From positions 3,534,001 to 3,598,000 of the forward strand of contig CM022669.1 in assembly GCA_012295275.1 (NCBI GenBank): 64,000 nt of DNA. Direction: 5' to 3'. This DNA comes from Chrysomallon squamiferum. Lineage: Eukaryota; Animalia; Mollusca. Both the position numbers and the translations under genes were made by a program. Under the pieces are notes generated by a model. That model worked only from the letters and a program-made list of their open reading frames with translations, made no database searches and had not been told where the DNA came from. Of the stretch, positions 41,097 to 55,547 are shown in pieces; positions within the stretch are counted from its first letter, which is position 1, and each line of letters opens with the position of its first letter.

Positions 41097-42910
41097 CTGA
41101 GCAGAAAATGTGTTGCTTAACGTAGTGGACAGCTTAGTTTGTTTTTTATCACACCAAGCTTGGCTCTACCTTCCAGCTGATGTTTGAGGTTTAATCAGAA
41201 GTTTATTATTGCAGGTAGTCTCACAGTAATTATAATGATATTTGAAGAATAATAATACATTTATTAATGCAGATAATTTAATGTCAGTTATTATGACATT
41301 AGATGAATAATGAATAATAGGACTGCAAACAATTTTATTAATGGTGAGATATTATGACAGATGAAAATGGTCTTTTTTGTAATTAATTTCTCTTGTTAGA
41401 ATAATTTTATGGTCATAAATGCCAAAGGTTTTTGTGATTACAGTTTTGTTTCATTTTGTTGCTATGTTACTGAATTAGAGAATTAAACATGTACTGCAAA
41501 CAGATAATGGAAACAATAGGCCTCTTCCACTGTAAACAGGAAGTGGAAATAGCAGGCCTGACTGCCAACAAAAAGAGAATGGAAAGTGTTGTGTTGGAGA
41601 ATGGTGATGGAATTGGTAGGGCTAATGGTCAGTAAATAGGTAATGGAAAAAAATAGGCCAACTCCATTGTCGAAAGAAGCCTTTTCCAATGCAAAAAGAT
41701 TACTGAAGAGTCCAATATCAAAGTAAACAGGTAATCAAAAAGTGGACATGTACTGGAGTAAAAAATAATATTATCAGTTCAGTTTTGTTGTAAGATAGAG
41801 ATATATCTAATCAAATGAATTATTTAACTTAATGCATTCTCTTCAATCATGTATGATTAACAAGAATGAAAACCACATTATTTCGTTTCTTTAATGTCTT
41901 ATTACAGAGATTTCCAGTGTAATCTTTGATAAATCTATTCTATCTTGTTGGCTCTTTCAAAATGGCTATATTCTGAAATTAAAGGATTTTTGTAATGGAT
42001 TGAATTAATATATATTTTTGAAAAATACAGAAATTAATTGATTTTTATGTAGTAAATATTAACAGACATTGTAATTTGGATTTGACAAATGTTTTCAAAA
42101 TTTAAAATTAATAGGTTTGCCTATAATAGATATTATAATGTACTTTTGATAATCAATTTCAAATGATCTGCTTTTCAACCCAGTTTTAAGGTATTTATTT
42201 TAATAAATTTGTTTTGCAACATTAATAAAAATACCTTGCATTTGAAAAAGAAAAAATGTTCATTAATTCTAACGAACTGCTCCACCAAAAAACCCCACAA
42301 TAATAATAAAAAAAACAATAAAATAAAAAAACAATAATAATAATCAAAAATCAAAAATCCAAGTAATAAAAAGAGAAGATAAATAAAATGAAATTGCTTC
42401 TGTATTAGAAGTCAAGTCTGGGGTATCCCAGATAAAATCAAACATCACTCATTATTTAATAATTTACTTAATAATTATACTCAATATGCTATATATATGT
42501 ACTTGTATATATTTATCACCAATAGAGTACTCTGCCCTTTCTTTTCTGAGAACCCCTATCTGTATTTAAAACATCAGCTTGAAGATAGAGCATCTAAAAC
42601 ACTGTATTCTGTAGCTGATGCAGAGCAAAATTCCTAGAAAATTCTCAGACTAATCTGAACCAAAAAATAAAACTAAAAATCTATTTTCTACCAGTGTAGT
42701 TTTACCCGAATTACTCTAAAGTTACATCAAGCAAAATGTGCCATTATTAACTAGCGAAGCATTAAATTAATGAAATTAAAATTGACAAAACTCATGTGAT
42801 CTGGTAGAATTTTTCAAATGACTGCCTCTGTTTTGTTATCATTTCAGTTTATGGTAATTGAAATTAGACAATGGAAATAGATAAAGCACTGTTAAGTATA
42901 TGTACACAGA

Positions 42911-42950
<40 letters not shown>

Positions 42951-43204
42951 GAGACATTTAGACACACCATACACATCTTTTAAACCTTTCTTCAGTGTTA
43001 TCATGAAAACATTATTTGTCTGTCAAAAAATCCTGAGGCTGCAAATGTTAAAACTACCACAGTCACATGAGTTTTTGAGTGGCAAGCTACGTCTTGAAAA
43101 AAAAAGATACGTAAAGCATTTTCTACTGTTGACACGGACGTGCTTATACGTTTACCCTCCCTATGAAATACGTAGACTTGCCAGTCTAAGTAAATTACCC
43201 CCAC

Positions 43205-43302
43205 CTCTTCCCATTGCTGCACGTAACGCACGAGACGGGACAGTCGCAGTAGGCGGAGTAAACTCAGCAATTTGGCCAGCCGAAGCATTCGCAGTGCACG
43301 AC
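43205..43302 (-). CDS. HCN: HCN exon: S4 voltage sensor
   Basis: GRALRMLRLAKLLSLLRLLRLSRLVRYVQQWEE. CTAG acceptor; donor after 43205, or alternatively after 43199. Confidence 0.96.
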
Positions 43303-45456
43303 CTAGAGGAAGAGAAAAAACGTCAGATATAGCCTGTCTTTTCACCTCTCTAAGGTGATCAATGGGTATAGTGGTTAACGGGGGAGGTGTATGTATGTGC
43401 CTAGAATGTGGAGGGAGGGGATGGAGGAAAGTGTCTGTGTTCTCTGTATGTTGGAGGAGAAGGAGCTGGATGTATGTGTGGATGTCTGTTTGGGTGGGGT
43501 TAGGGTGTGTCTTTTTGTGTATATGTGAATTTCTGTACATGTTTGTGTTTATGTGAATATATGTATGTGTATGTGAATCAGTGCATAAATCTAAGTGAGT
43601 GAGTTTGTAGGTAGATTGTGTATGCATGTTTTTATGTATCAAGTAATTATGTGTGTGTAGATATGTATGTGTTTGTCTACATATGAAAATTATGACTATT
43701 AAATAAACAGAAATTTGCTTTGACTAGCATTATGACATAAATACATGAATGTTTAAAGAATTGTACCAATACAAATATATCAGACCAGATTAAATACTAC
43801 TTGTATTATAAACATATTAGTTTATTTAAGAAATAACAAAACATTACTTTTAAAATAACTGTAAAACATATCAATGTAAGGATAATGTTGTGAAATATGA
43901 TTTTCATTATTAAAGTATTTGTTTATTTAGTAATAATGTGTGTAAATACTAATTAGTGTTCTGTAAACAATCAACATGCAGAGGAAAAGCGACAACAAAA
44001 AGTAGGAAGGTTGCAGTAAAAACACAACACAGAGAAATAAAATGCATAGATATATCATCCTTTTAGAAAAATAGTTGCTATCTATTTATTAATGTTAAAT
44101 GCACACAACACTGAACTACATGAACATCTTGTGGGCAAAAGAATTTATATTAATAAATAATCTCAATAATGGTTAAAGCAAAATAATAAAATTTAAATTG
44201 TTAGAAATATTTCACTAACATTTTTCAATAAGTAAATAAATGTAAATTTTACTTATTATTTTCAGATGTGTTCATGTTTTCAAGGTACAGAATTAAATAC
44301 TTTTCAAATATTTTATGATTTTATTATTAATTGTGAAATTAAATATTAATATAGTTTCTTTTGTCCATAAGTAAAAAATGTCTCACCAAATAATTTTATC
44401 TCTGTCTTATTTTGTTAAGAGAAATTAACAGAACAAAAAAAAAAGAAGAAAAACATTCCTAAACTCACATAAAAATATTTTCCCACATACACACATACTT
44501 ACACACAATGCACAACACACACGCATACCAATATCACATGTACATATGCATACAATGATACATACACCATATATTTGGGAAAATACACATACAACTTTCG
44601 AAGATAGAAATAAGGTTTTATCAGTAATTATTTAAAAAAATGACGAATATTGATTTATTTGTTACCTTATCCCTATTAAAAACTGAGAACCAAAACATTA
44701 TTAACAATAAATGAACAAATATTATTTGACGTTAGAGGTATAGATGTGAAACTCCAGCATGTATGATCCAACATACTCAAACAAACACTCACAAACATGC
44801 CCCCCCCCCACAAAATAGAAACAAAATCTACAGTGGTTAATGTTGATAAAATAAATGCATTTCCATAATTCTACAAAAATAAAAAATAAAAATCCATAAG
44901 ATCTGTGCAGAGGTTAATAAAATTAGTAGTTTTATATGTCATTCTCCATTTCCTGGAACTTAACCAAATTAATGTTTTTTTTTTGTTTTTTTTTCTTTAA
45001 CTATTTGTTTCTTAAGCAGCCAGTGATAAATGATTTCCCATAAGGAAATTTCAGACTTATCCTGTTCTGTTTTAAATCAGGTAACTAATTTTTATGTACA
45101 GTACTTGTATCTGTATATATCATATCATATCATATCCATTAATGTCAAAATATATAGGAAACATTTGTACATAAATAGCACATTGATCGAAAATATTTAT
45201 TTTTGTATATGTCATTTTATAAAATATATCTGTTACAGTGTGAGCTGTTTTTTTTCATTTCTTTTTTTTTTGTATCTTCTTTCCTCTCATTCTTCTAAAA
45301 TTGATGTATGTATGTGTATGACAGGAAGATAGAATGGAAACGTGTGTGTCTGTCTGTATGTGAGCAAAAATATGGACAATGAACATACAAATGAGAATGT
45401 TTCAGTTGTCAGTTGTGGGTGTTTGTGAGGAGAACAAGGACACAGAGAGAAGAGAT

Positions 45457-45587
<131 letters not shown>

Positions 45588-47883
45588 ATTCATATGTATT
45601 GTTTTAGTGTATTCTGGTAGGATTATAACAGTGTTTGTTTTATTATTTAAAACCAGATTCTGCAAATAATATGAGTGGAGCAGTCACATGACTGTTACAA
45701 AAATCATATTCTCCAAGCATCTGAATTTCTGGACCTCACAATAACATAGTAAATTATTTACTCTGATTTTTTTTTTTTTTTTTTTTTTGTGAAGCTTTTA
45801 AACTAAACAAGATAAATTTATAAATTAATACATCAACTGAGGTTATAAAATGTTTGACATATTCCAGTTCTAACAAATTTTACGTGTATAATGAATAATT
45901 TCTGTCTATGGCTGCTTGAACAGTTAATGTTTACTTCTTTATTGCAGTAGATGTTTATTGTTGTTGGTAAATAATAATTTTGTTTCTTGGTTTTACTTGA
46001 ATACAATTCATGTGCATGACTCATACATCCTAAGAGTGAATTGTAGTTTTATCATTACCATCACCTTTTTTTTTTTAGCAAAGAAACTGTTTTCAGTTTG
46101 TTTTAAATAAAATTGTTTTCAGTTTGTTTTTATTTTTTAAATTCATTCTCTCATTCATTATGTTTTTATACTCTAGTATTTCAAAATTCTTGAAAACATT
46201 TAACTATTATTATTATTTTTAATAGAATTAATATTATTATCATCATCATTATTGTTGCTGTTATTATTTATGAAAAGGAAAATACATTTTGTCTTATCAA
46301 ATATTCATTTTTTATATTAACCAAGTCTAAAAATGCTAATACAAATGTTGCAATCATAAATAGATAATATCAAAGAAAAAGAAAATTATCAAACTAACAA
46401 AGTAAATAACAAAATAAATTAATATATATAAAATAAATAAACAAATACATTTTATATGTGTATTTATTTATTTAATTTACATATGTATAAACTAGATAAA
46501 TAAATAATAAATAAAATAAATAGTTAACTTTCTTACCAGGTGAGGTGTTTTAATCTTAAAAACAGCACAAGAGTGAAGATCAATATAAACTACATGCAGT
46601 AACAACAATAAAATTAAAAAAATAAACTAAAAAAATCCTGTTCTTTGTAATTTGCAAAAATTAGAAGAAAAAAAGAATTAACAAATCTAAATTGCCAGTT
46701 TGGCCTCCTAATTATTCTAAAAGCATGAACATCACCTGTTACATTTGCTATTCTAACTAGTGGAAAAAACTCTTCTTCATTAAGCTGTTTATCGAATGAA
46801 TGTGTCCAAAATTGCAAGGCGACCATTCTTCGTTTTGGTGGGTTAGGGTGGACAAACTCCAATAAATTAAATATTATTAAGCACATCGTATTCACAAAAT
46901 GATTAAGCTTAGCACAGATTGCTTTATAAAGAAAACAACAAACAAAAAGATATAAAATACTTTCCTTTTATTAATGTTTTATTATTCTTATTTGTTTGTA
47001 AAAATTATTTTGTTTGTTTACTGAATATTATTTGCCTTTGTATTAGCTAATTATATATAGGATAAACATTTGTAAATAAAAATATATTAATCATAACAAA
47101 TGAACATATTTCTTTTTTAGAAAAATTGTATAAGAGATAACAAATAATAAATAAAAAATATAAATCTTTTAATGTGTGTATATTTATAATTATTGTTTTA
47201 TAGTAATTTTTACTAATAATAATTAGTTATTACAGGACTGTGAAAAAGGTTGTTATAAAGTATTCTGCACACTAAGTTAGAAATTATACTTTTTTCCATC
47301 ATTACTTCATGACAATATATTCATAATCAATTTATTTTATAATGTTTTAATAATATATCAAAATCATATTTAGATAAATGTACTTATAATGATTCAATAG
47401 ATTAATTATCATTTTTAAATATCATTAAGACCAATCATTTTATAAGAATAATAGTTTGATTATTATGTCACTAAAAACAAACACCCCTCCCAATTTTATA
47501 CAAATACTGGTTTGATTTTTATATAAAATTATCCATAGATTAGTAAATACAGAAATATTATATTGTATTAGTATGCATTTGTCTTTGATTGTGTTACTGA
47601 GTTACAGGTGCAGAAATACTGTAATCATTTATTTTGAGACATTACACTATTGCTCATTTTCAGCAGGTTATAAATAGAAGAGACCATACAACACAGCAAA
47701 AATAAATAAATAATAATATATCGACCATAGCGCCAAATAGAGGGAGAAAAAGTAAGAAATCCTTCTCATTTTTCCTCCATGTATGTATACTGCGAAGTAC
47801 TAAGAAGGAAATGAGAGAACGAAAAATGGAAGAATGATCACCTTGCCAATATTGTGAGACCTCTTGACGTCGCGCTTTCGTAC

Positions 47884-48051
47884 CTGCGTGGACCAACTGC
47901 GAGAAATCCGCCTCCGAGTCCCACATTAAAAATATATAGTCGACTGGAACCGAGCTGACCAGGTCCAGAAAGAACCACGACCTCATGTAATGTCTCGCTA
48001 TGAGCTTGGGGTCGAGTATAATTTCATCTGCAAAATCATTGAGTATAACAC
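47884..48051 (-). CDS. HCN: HCN exon: S2-S3 loop and S3
   Basis: GVILNDFADEIILDPKLIARHYMRSWFFLDLVSSVPVDYIFLMWDSEADFSQLVHAG; phase 1 to 1. Confidence 0.95.
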
Positions 48052-49025
48052 CTAGAAAAAAAAAAGAGGTATGTTTTGCTTTTGTTTAATAACACCAGTA
48101 GGTGAATGAATGCATGAAAGATGTTCATTTAAAGCTGCAATCATAATTTATTAAAAAAACAAAACAATTTCAGTAACATCTGGAAAAGAAACCAGCATTT
48201 TAATTTTGTTTAATAACATGTGTTGATGAAGGAATGCATGAATCACGTTTTATATTTTTTCCATTAGCACTAAGATGGTTTTGTTCGTACCTTTCCATAG
48301 ACTTAATGCATAAAGCATACTGTTTCATAGCAGGAGGCAGATTAATGGTAAATAGTCCAGTGGGTGTACTGAAAAGAATTAATATTCAAGATTGTCCAGC
48401 CTCGAGTAAATCTATTTACCATGTAATTGCAACCAAAAATTTGTTTTCTTATTAGAAAAACATGAAGGTTTGTTTTTCTGTTGTTGTTTTTTTTCCCATG
48501 TTTTCCAGAGGACTGTACACACAAATAATCTATTTTCACATACTTTCAAATTATTGTTTTATGTTTCTACCAAAGATAGAGCAAACATCAGATTATGATT
48601 TTTACATATTTACTACTTATTTTTTTTTAAACAGTATACAAAATGAACCTGCATAAACAAGATAATATAAGAATATCTTTATTTCAGTTTGGAGTGTTTA
48701 AACTGTGATCAGAATTTCTTTCATTCAGAGAAAGAACCAGTATATCTAAATAAACCATTTTTAAAAAAGGTTTTAACAAGATTTTAGTTCACCTTTTAAG
48801 TGTCTTTAATGTAGCTCTGAATTTTGTCCAGGCATGTACAGAAAAGGTTAAGTATCAGTTTAGCTATGTCCAGTGTATGTTAAAGATGCTAAAGTGTGCC
48901 AGTGATGATAAACAAAAATTGTCTAAATATATACTCTATACTTTCAAATTATGTTTTATTTGTTTGGTTTTATATATATATATTTTTTATTTTTATTTTA
49001 TATATACATATATTATTTTATTTTA

Positions 49026-49056
<31 letters not shown>

Positions 49057-49429
49057 TTTTCAGTCCCGTCTCAAATTACGAAATGATACTGTTCATAAGG
49101 TGACACCATTTTTCTGTACTTATGACATTATCGTAGAAGGGGGAGACTGATTTTCTCCAAAGTTTAAATCCACATGTACATAATGTTGTCATGACAACAG
49201 TGTGAGATGTATGCTGTGCTCAGATGTTTTGTACTGTTTTGTCATCATAACTGTGTAATAACAATAACCAGGCACTGAAATAAAAATAAAATAATAGAAT
49301 TGTCAATATAAATGTATTTATTAGATCATTCATTCATATCACTGTGGTACATACCACTTTTGATAGGTTCCAGCAAATGTTTGTGATGTTATTGGAAGAA
49401 TGCTCTGAAATCTGTTGAGATAAAAATTA

Positions 49430-50135
49430 CTTACCTGTTTTGTAATTTATAATAATATCAAGACAAATTTCTTACCTTCTCTAAAATATATTACGATATC
49501 AAAATAGAAAAACCCACTTAGGTATAACAATACTGATAAAAAAATTATGTACCTGTTAACAACAATATTAGGAAAAACTTAACCATTTTGAAACTCAAAC
49601 AACATCAAGTAAATAAAAAAAACCTTACCTGTTTAAAATGTATAACAATATCAAGAACAAATATGTGATCTAAAATTTATAATGATATCAAGAACAAACA
49701 CTTACCTTGTCTAATATTTATAAGAGTAAAAACACTTACCTTGTCTAATATTTATAACAGTTAAAAAAAACTTACCTTGTCTAATATTTATAACAGCAAA
49801 AACACTTTATCTTCTCTAAAAGAAAAGTTATAACCAATAAAAGAGAAAAATAATCATTTACCTTCTCTGGACTTTATAGCAACAGAAAAAGTTACCTGTT
49901 CTAAAATTATAATAAAATCAAAAAAAAAAAATTACCTTTTTGAAAATTTATAAAAAAATTAAAAAAAAGATAAGTGATCACTTACATTTTCTAAACTTTA
50001 TAACAATATAAAGAGAAAAGGTTACCTGTTCTGTAATTTATAATAATATCTATAAAAAAATGTTGTATTTTCTAGAATTTATAATAAAATCAAAAACGTA
50101 ACGCTTACCTGTTCTAAAGTTTATAACAATATCTA
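49430..50135 (-). repeat. Tandem array (~17 units, 34-50 bp) of the HCN S2 exon end plus its splice donor
   Basis: Units such as cttacctgttctaaa.tttataacaatatc are the reverse complement of GATATTGTTATAAACTTTAGAACAG|GTAAG, the true exon end at 50109. Confidence 0.88.
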
Positions 50136-50272
50136 GAAAAAACACAGTGTCTGATATACAATTGAAGACAATCCAATGAGTGTTGAGATCATCCTTGAAA
50201 AATGAAATGGCTACAGGAAGAATGATGAGGTTTGCTATTAACAGTACCAGCATAAATAGATCCCAGTAAAAT
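50109..50272 (-). CDS. HCN: HCN exon: S1-S2 (first visible exon; upstream exons lie beyond the window)
   Basis: (R)[61 protein letters not shown] acceptor, GTAAGC donor. Confidence 0.96.
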
Positions 50273-51117
50273 CTGAAACAAGAGAGAATATTTCATACAA
50301 ATCTGTTATTATGATTATGTTTTTAATGTTACATTTGTATATAATGAGGTATTTACTTTTACTTTTTTTTCTTATATATATTATTATAAGTATTATATTA
50401 ATTTATTTATTTAATTATTTATTTATTCTTTTATTTTAAATTCATGGAATGGCTGAAAAGAAGGGAACAGAAATGAAAGAAGGTAAAGAAAATGAAAACA
50501 GAAAAGAGAGAATGATTATTAGAGAATGAAAATTCATGAGAGGAAAAGAAACTTAAGATTAAAGATTGAAAAGCAATAGCAATAAAAAAAAATAAAAAAG
50601 AAAAAAGACGAGAAAATATGAAAGAATAAAATAAAAAACTCAAAGGGTCAAATAAAAAAGAAATAAAAATATATAAAGAAAGCGAACGAATACAAAAAGG
50701 AAGAAGAGGAAAATATTAAAAAAGAGACAGGAAGAAAGAACAAAGAATAAATAAATTATGCAATTAAAAAAGAAAGATAAAAAGCAAGAACAAATGAAAA
50801 ATAAAAAGCAAGAACAAATGAAAAAATAAAAAGATAAAACATAAATATATTTATAAGAAGAAAAATTCAAAGGGATAGAATATAAAAGCAATAAATAATA
50901 GAAGTATAAAGAATGAAAAGTAACAATAAAGAAATAAATATTAAAATAAAAAGAGTGTTAATATATTTTAAAATCATATAAGGATCTGTTTTTGCTTATA
51001 ATGAAAGGCAGAACCAGGATTTCAGAAGAAAAAAAAATAGAACTTACAAAAAGGAGTAACTTTGTGAAGAATATAATTTTGATAAAAAAAAATGGTAAAT
51101 AAACAAAATGACCCTGG

Positions 51118-51172
<55 letters not shown>

Positions 51173-51679
51173 GTAAAACTATTAATGAGAAAAGTATAGA
51201 AGAATCTTCAAATGGAAATTACATCTAAATGAGCGATTAAAACAAATTTTATCAAAAATCGAATTACGTATCTTTCCAAAACTTTGTCGTGAATAGTCGT
51301 TATTACCAGACCAGTTGTTTATTAAAAACAAAACCATATTATGTGAGAGACTGTTTGTAATTAGTGCAGTAATTAAATTATATTCCTCATCATCATCATG
51401 AACATGATCGTCATAGACATCAACACAACAGCCAAAAATGATTACGTTTCCGGTCTCACAACGGAAGTAATACAAACGTCAACAATAACATGACGTCACT
51501 GGCTCTGGATGGTGTTAAGATATTTTATGTGATTTTTATAATGTTAATCGTAATTTATGATTTCATCTTCTTTCATCTTAAGAGGAAATTCTTTCGAGGT
51601 AGCTTTTATTAATTACTTTTACATCATTGATCGATGTGTTTTCTTTAGATATGCATGCAACATAGATAGGTATAATGTC

Positions 51680-51965
51680 CTGTAGTATAGTGCGGTATAG
51701 TCATGTGTAGTGTAGACTTACATAGTGTAATATAATGTAGTGCTGTAAAGTAGTGTAGTGTAGTGTAGTGTAGAATAGTGTAGTGTAGTGTAATGTAATG
51801 TAGTGCGGTAAAGTAGTGTAGTGTAGTGTAGAATAGTGTAGCATAGTGTAATGTAATGTAGTGCGGTATAGAGAAGTATAGAGCAGCATAGTACAGTGTG
51901 GTGTAGTGTAATATAGCGCGGTGTAATGTAGTGAGGTGCTCTGTGTAGTGTGATGGCGTGGTGTG
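51680..51965. repeat. Pentanucleotide (GTAGT/GTAAT)n satellite
   Basis: Repeated gtagtgtagt/gtaatgtaat blocks with higher-order ~55-bp duplication. Confidence 0.88.
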
Positions 51966-52278
51966 GATTGTATGTAATCTAGTCTTGCATAGTTCATATG
52001 AGGAAAACATTGTTTTTTCCTGTTTCCAATAAATACAAGCAACAAAAGGAAAAGAAAAAGACTTCACTGGCCATAACTTCTGATAGATCAAAAGAACGCT
52101 AATAGGTCGGTAACAAAGCAAATAGCTGTTTGTCATGTAAGGTGTATTATAAACGAGCGATAATGTATGGAAGGGAATATAATGATGAGGATCTACAATT
52201 TTATAAAGAAGCGTTTAGCTAGAATTTTTTAAAGCTTCAGTCCTGATCACAGACAAAGGCACACACAAACACACACAG

Positions 52279-52322
<44 letters not shown>

Positions 52323-54064
52323 ACACTGAAACTCCTGCACTCATACCTATATGTGTGCTAAAGAAAGCGTTTTTAATGACAATTTCATTCCTGCAGCGTT
52401 GGACATGTTTTTGCGAAAAACAATTTGATAAGGTTATCAACAATATAATAAATTAAATAAATTATATCGGAATAAACACCCAAACCATTTACCTCCCTTT
52501 GACAAGGAATATAAATTATTATTATAAAGTTCACAGAAATAAATTGAGGTTTAGTTACATATTCTTCTTCTTCACTGGATGTAATATATTACAGTAAATG
52601 ATCAATAATATTTTACTGCTAATTTATATTCTCAGCTGCATTCGAGTATAATCTGATTTTGAAGTAAACTTCAGAATCAAAGGATATTTTAATATTATTA
52701 TTGTTGTTGTTGTTCTTTTTGTTGCTTTTGGGAGGATTTTGGGTATGCGTTTTTGTTTATTTTGATGCCTTTTCGTTTGGGTATCTGTTTCAAATTAGTA
52801 ACAAACTGTCAGTAACTGACAAAAACTGATGAGCGCTAAAATACGGATAACAAAATGTCATTGTTCGTTACTGTTAGGTTCATCCATCATTCTGCATTCA
52901 TTATGAGACTTTTAGCATATTCATAAGCCGTTGCATATCACTCGTTTTAATTTGTGATTAATCGATTTAAATAACAACAACAACAACGACTACTACTACT
53001 ACTATACTACTATTACTACTGCTACTACTACTACTATTACTTGTACTACTATACTATGAATATTACTACTACTGTCATCATCATCATCATTACTATTACT
53101 ATTATTGTTATTTATTATTATTATTAGTAGTAGTAGTATTTATTATCATTATCATTATTATAATTATTATTATTAGTAGTAGTAGTATTAGAAATAGCAA
53201 ATGTATTTTTTATATCAACACGAAAGTAATGGGTTCTGTGATCTGCATATGTTTCGATCCTCCAGTGCTCGCGAGAATCAGATGTTTATAGACTGGTATT
53301 TTTTTGCAAGTCTCGCGTAAAAAAGAATCTTTTGCTGTTTTTGTTTTTTCTGTTAAATTATCAGTGGAGTAAAAATAAAGACAAATCTTCTGGGGAAACA
53401 AGAAGAAGAAGAAAAGAAGAAGAAAGAAAAAATGTACATTATATTAACCTGTTCACGGTGTCGTCTGAATGTCGGGACAAAGAGTTATAATTTTTAGGAA
53501 TGGCCAGTAGATGTCTCTGCTGCAGGCAATCGAGACTCGCTGTCGTCTGTGACAGATCATTTCTTTGTGTGTTTCTCCTGTGCACGAGCTGGGTGGGTCT
53601 CTGAGGCCAAGAGTCGTAAAAGTTACCTAACCAGTGTGTGCGCTTTATTCACAGAGCTGTTGTCCAACAAATCATTTGATAATGCGTTTGTGATTTATGA
53701 ATGCTCCTTTTTGTCTCTTGTGTAACAAGCAGCATAATGGCTTCTTCCATTTAACTAATGTAGCAAGAAGGAAACCACGCAATTAACTCATTTTTTAACC
53801 TGCGTTTACTTGGCGTCAAGGATATAGCTAAGGAACATAGGTAATGAAAATGAAAATGCCTGCAGTCAGAAAAATGGTCTACTTTTTTTCAATCAAAGTT
53901 CTTCTAAATGCAATTACACGCCACAACCTTTGGTAAGCCGGCTATTCGTACAACATGCACTGGCAGGCATGAGATATAGACGTGATGAAGCAGTGAGAAA
54001 AATTGATATCGTTTAGCAATATGGAGCATATTGGATATCAGATTTGCAACTTAATTATTTGACT

Positions 54065-54099
<35 letters not shown>

Positions 54100-54229
54100 T
54101 TAGTAATAGTTGTTATTGTTGTTGTGGCTGTTATTGTTGTAGTTTTTATTATTGTTGTTGTTGCTGTTATTATTGTTGCTGCTGTTCTTGTTGCTATTAC
54201 TTTTGTTATTGTTGTTGTTTTGTTGTTGT

Positions 54230-54279
<50 letters not shown>

Positions 54280-55511
54280 GTCCTTTTAAAATAAAGAGTC
54301 GATTATATTTAAAGGACCTTAGCAAATTAAACATTTTAGAGAGTTAAAATTGAACTTAGTGACTGGTCTTTGAGTAGAGTAAATTCTCTAGATGTTGTTT
54401 TTACATTTAAATTAACAATAAAATCAATTTTGTTGACAATATGTTAATGAGATCTAAATATAGATACACCACTAATAAAATTTCTTTTTACGTTGTCCAC
54501 AACAACTGATCAGTCCCAGAGGCAGGCAGAACAAAAATAACCGACAAATATATATTCCACAAATTTTTATTTATTGTTGTGGATGATTAAAAGACGATAA
54601 GCACTGGATTTTCTGCTCCACTGCTTAAGAAGGTTCAAATGCATCACATAAAGTAGACCTAACTATAATCGATAAAGCTGTGAGAAAATCCATTTCATTC
54701 CATCATTGTCTCTCTTTACCGACTGCACTTTACATAATGTTGCTTAGCATGAACCAACTCTAGCATAATACCTAATAGCGACTAGAAAATAAAAAATTAG
54801 AAAAGAAAAAAAAGATACAACAGCTGATTTAATTTTAAAAGAAGCAAGAAGAAGAAGAAGAAGAAGAATTAGGTTTTTGTGATAGAAAAAGTCGTAAATA
54901 TCCTGCGTTTCGAGAGTCTAATTTGCTGCGTAAATCTGAACGGCTTGCCACGTCGCTGCTGAGGTTTTTATTAAACACGAGCTGATCATCATTTGTAAGC
55001 TCTTCTTCACACACACACGCGACAGACCTACACCATGCAGACGTCTTGATATAAACAAGGTTATCTACAGCGCCCCCGGCCGGTGTTTATCGCCGACCAA
55101 CAATCGCGATCCCGTTTCTTTTTTTAACTCGGTGATGTTATGATTTCTCGTTTAAACTCTCAGCTCGCACGCGAAAAATACCATCATTAACTGATTACGA
55201 TGTTCCTAAACTTTCTATAACTTGCTCTCACGAACATCTCCAATGCGTGCACTTTGATGATGGTCGTAAAACAATGGCGCTTAATCGAAACAAAACCAAA
55301 AAAAAGTTTTTCGATTCTGTTTTATTGTTGTTGTTGTTGTTGCTTTGGTTTTAATTTTAAATCATGTGATTAATTAGTTGTAGTAGCGATAGTGTTAGTA
55401 GCAGTAACAGCAGCAGCAACAGCAGTAGTAGTGGTGGCAGTAGCAGTTGTAGTAATAGTAGTAGTAGTCCTGACAGTAGAGTAGAAGAAGTAGCAGCCGC
55501 AGTAGTAGCAG

Positions 55512-55547
<36 letters not shown>

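Noticed and set aside
41483-41755. GC-richer block in the S4-S5 intron as a possible cassette exon
   Set aside because: After the plausible acceptor the frame closes within six codons (YMSTF*). The block is a degenerate TTCCATTACCTGTTTAC repeat.
46537-46554. 18-nt microexon-like segment in the HCN S3-S4 intron (TTTTAAG|...|GTAAGA on the minus strand)
   Set aside because: In the required phase 1 it reads GAT TAA, an immediate stop. It could only be a poison exon, and chance is equally likely without RNA data.
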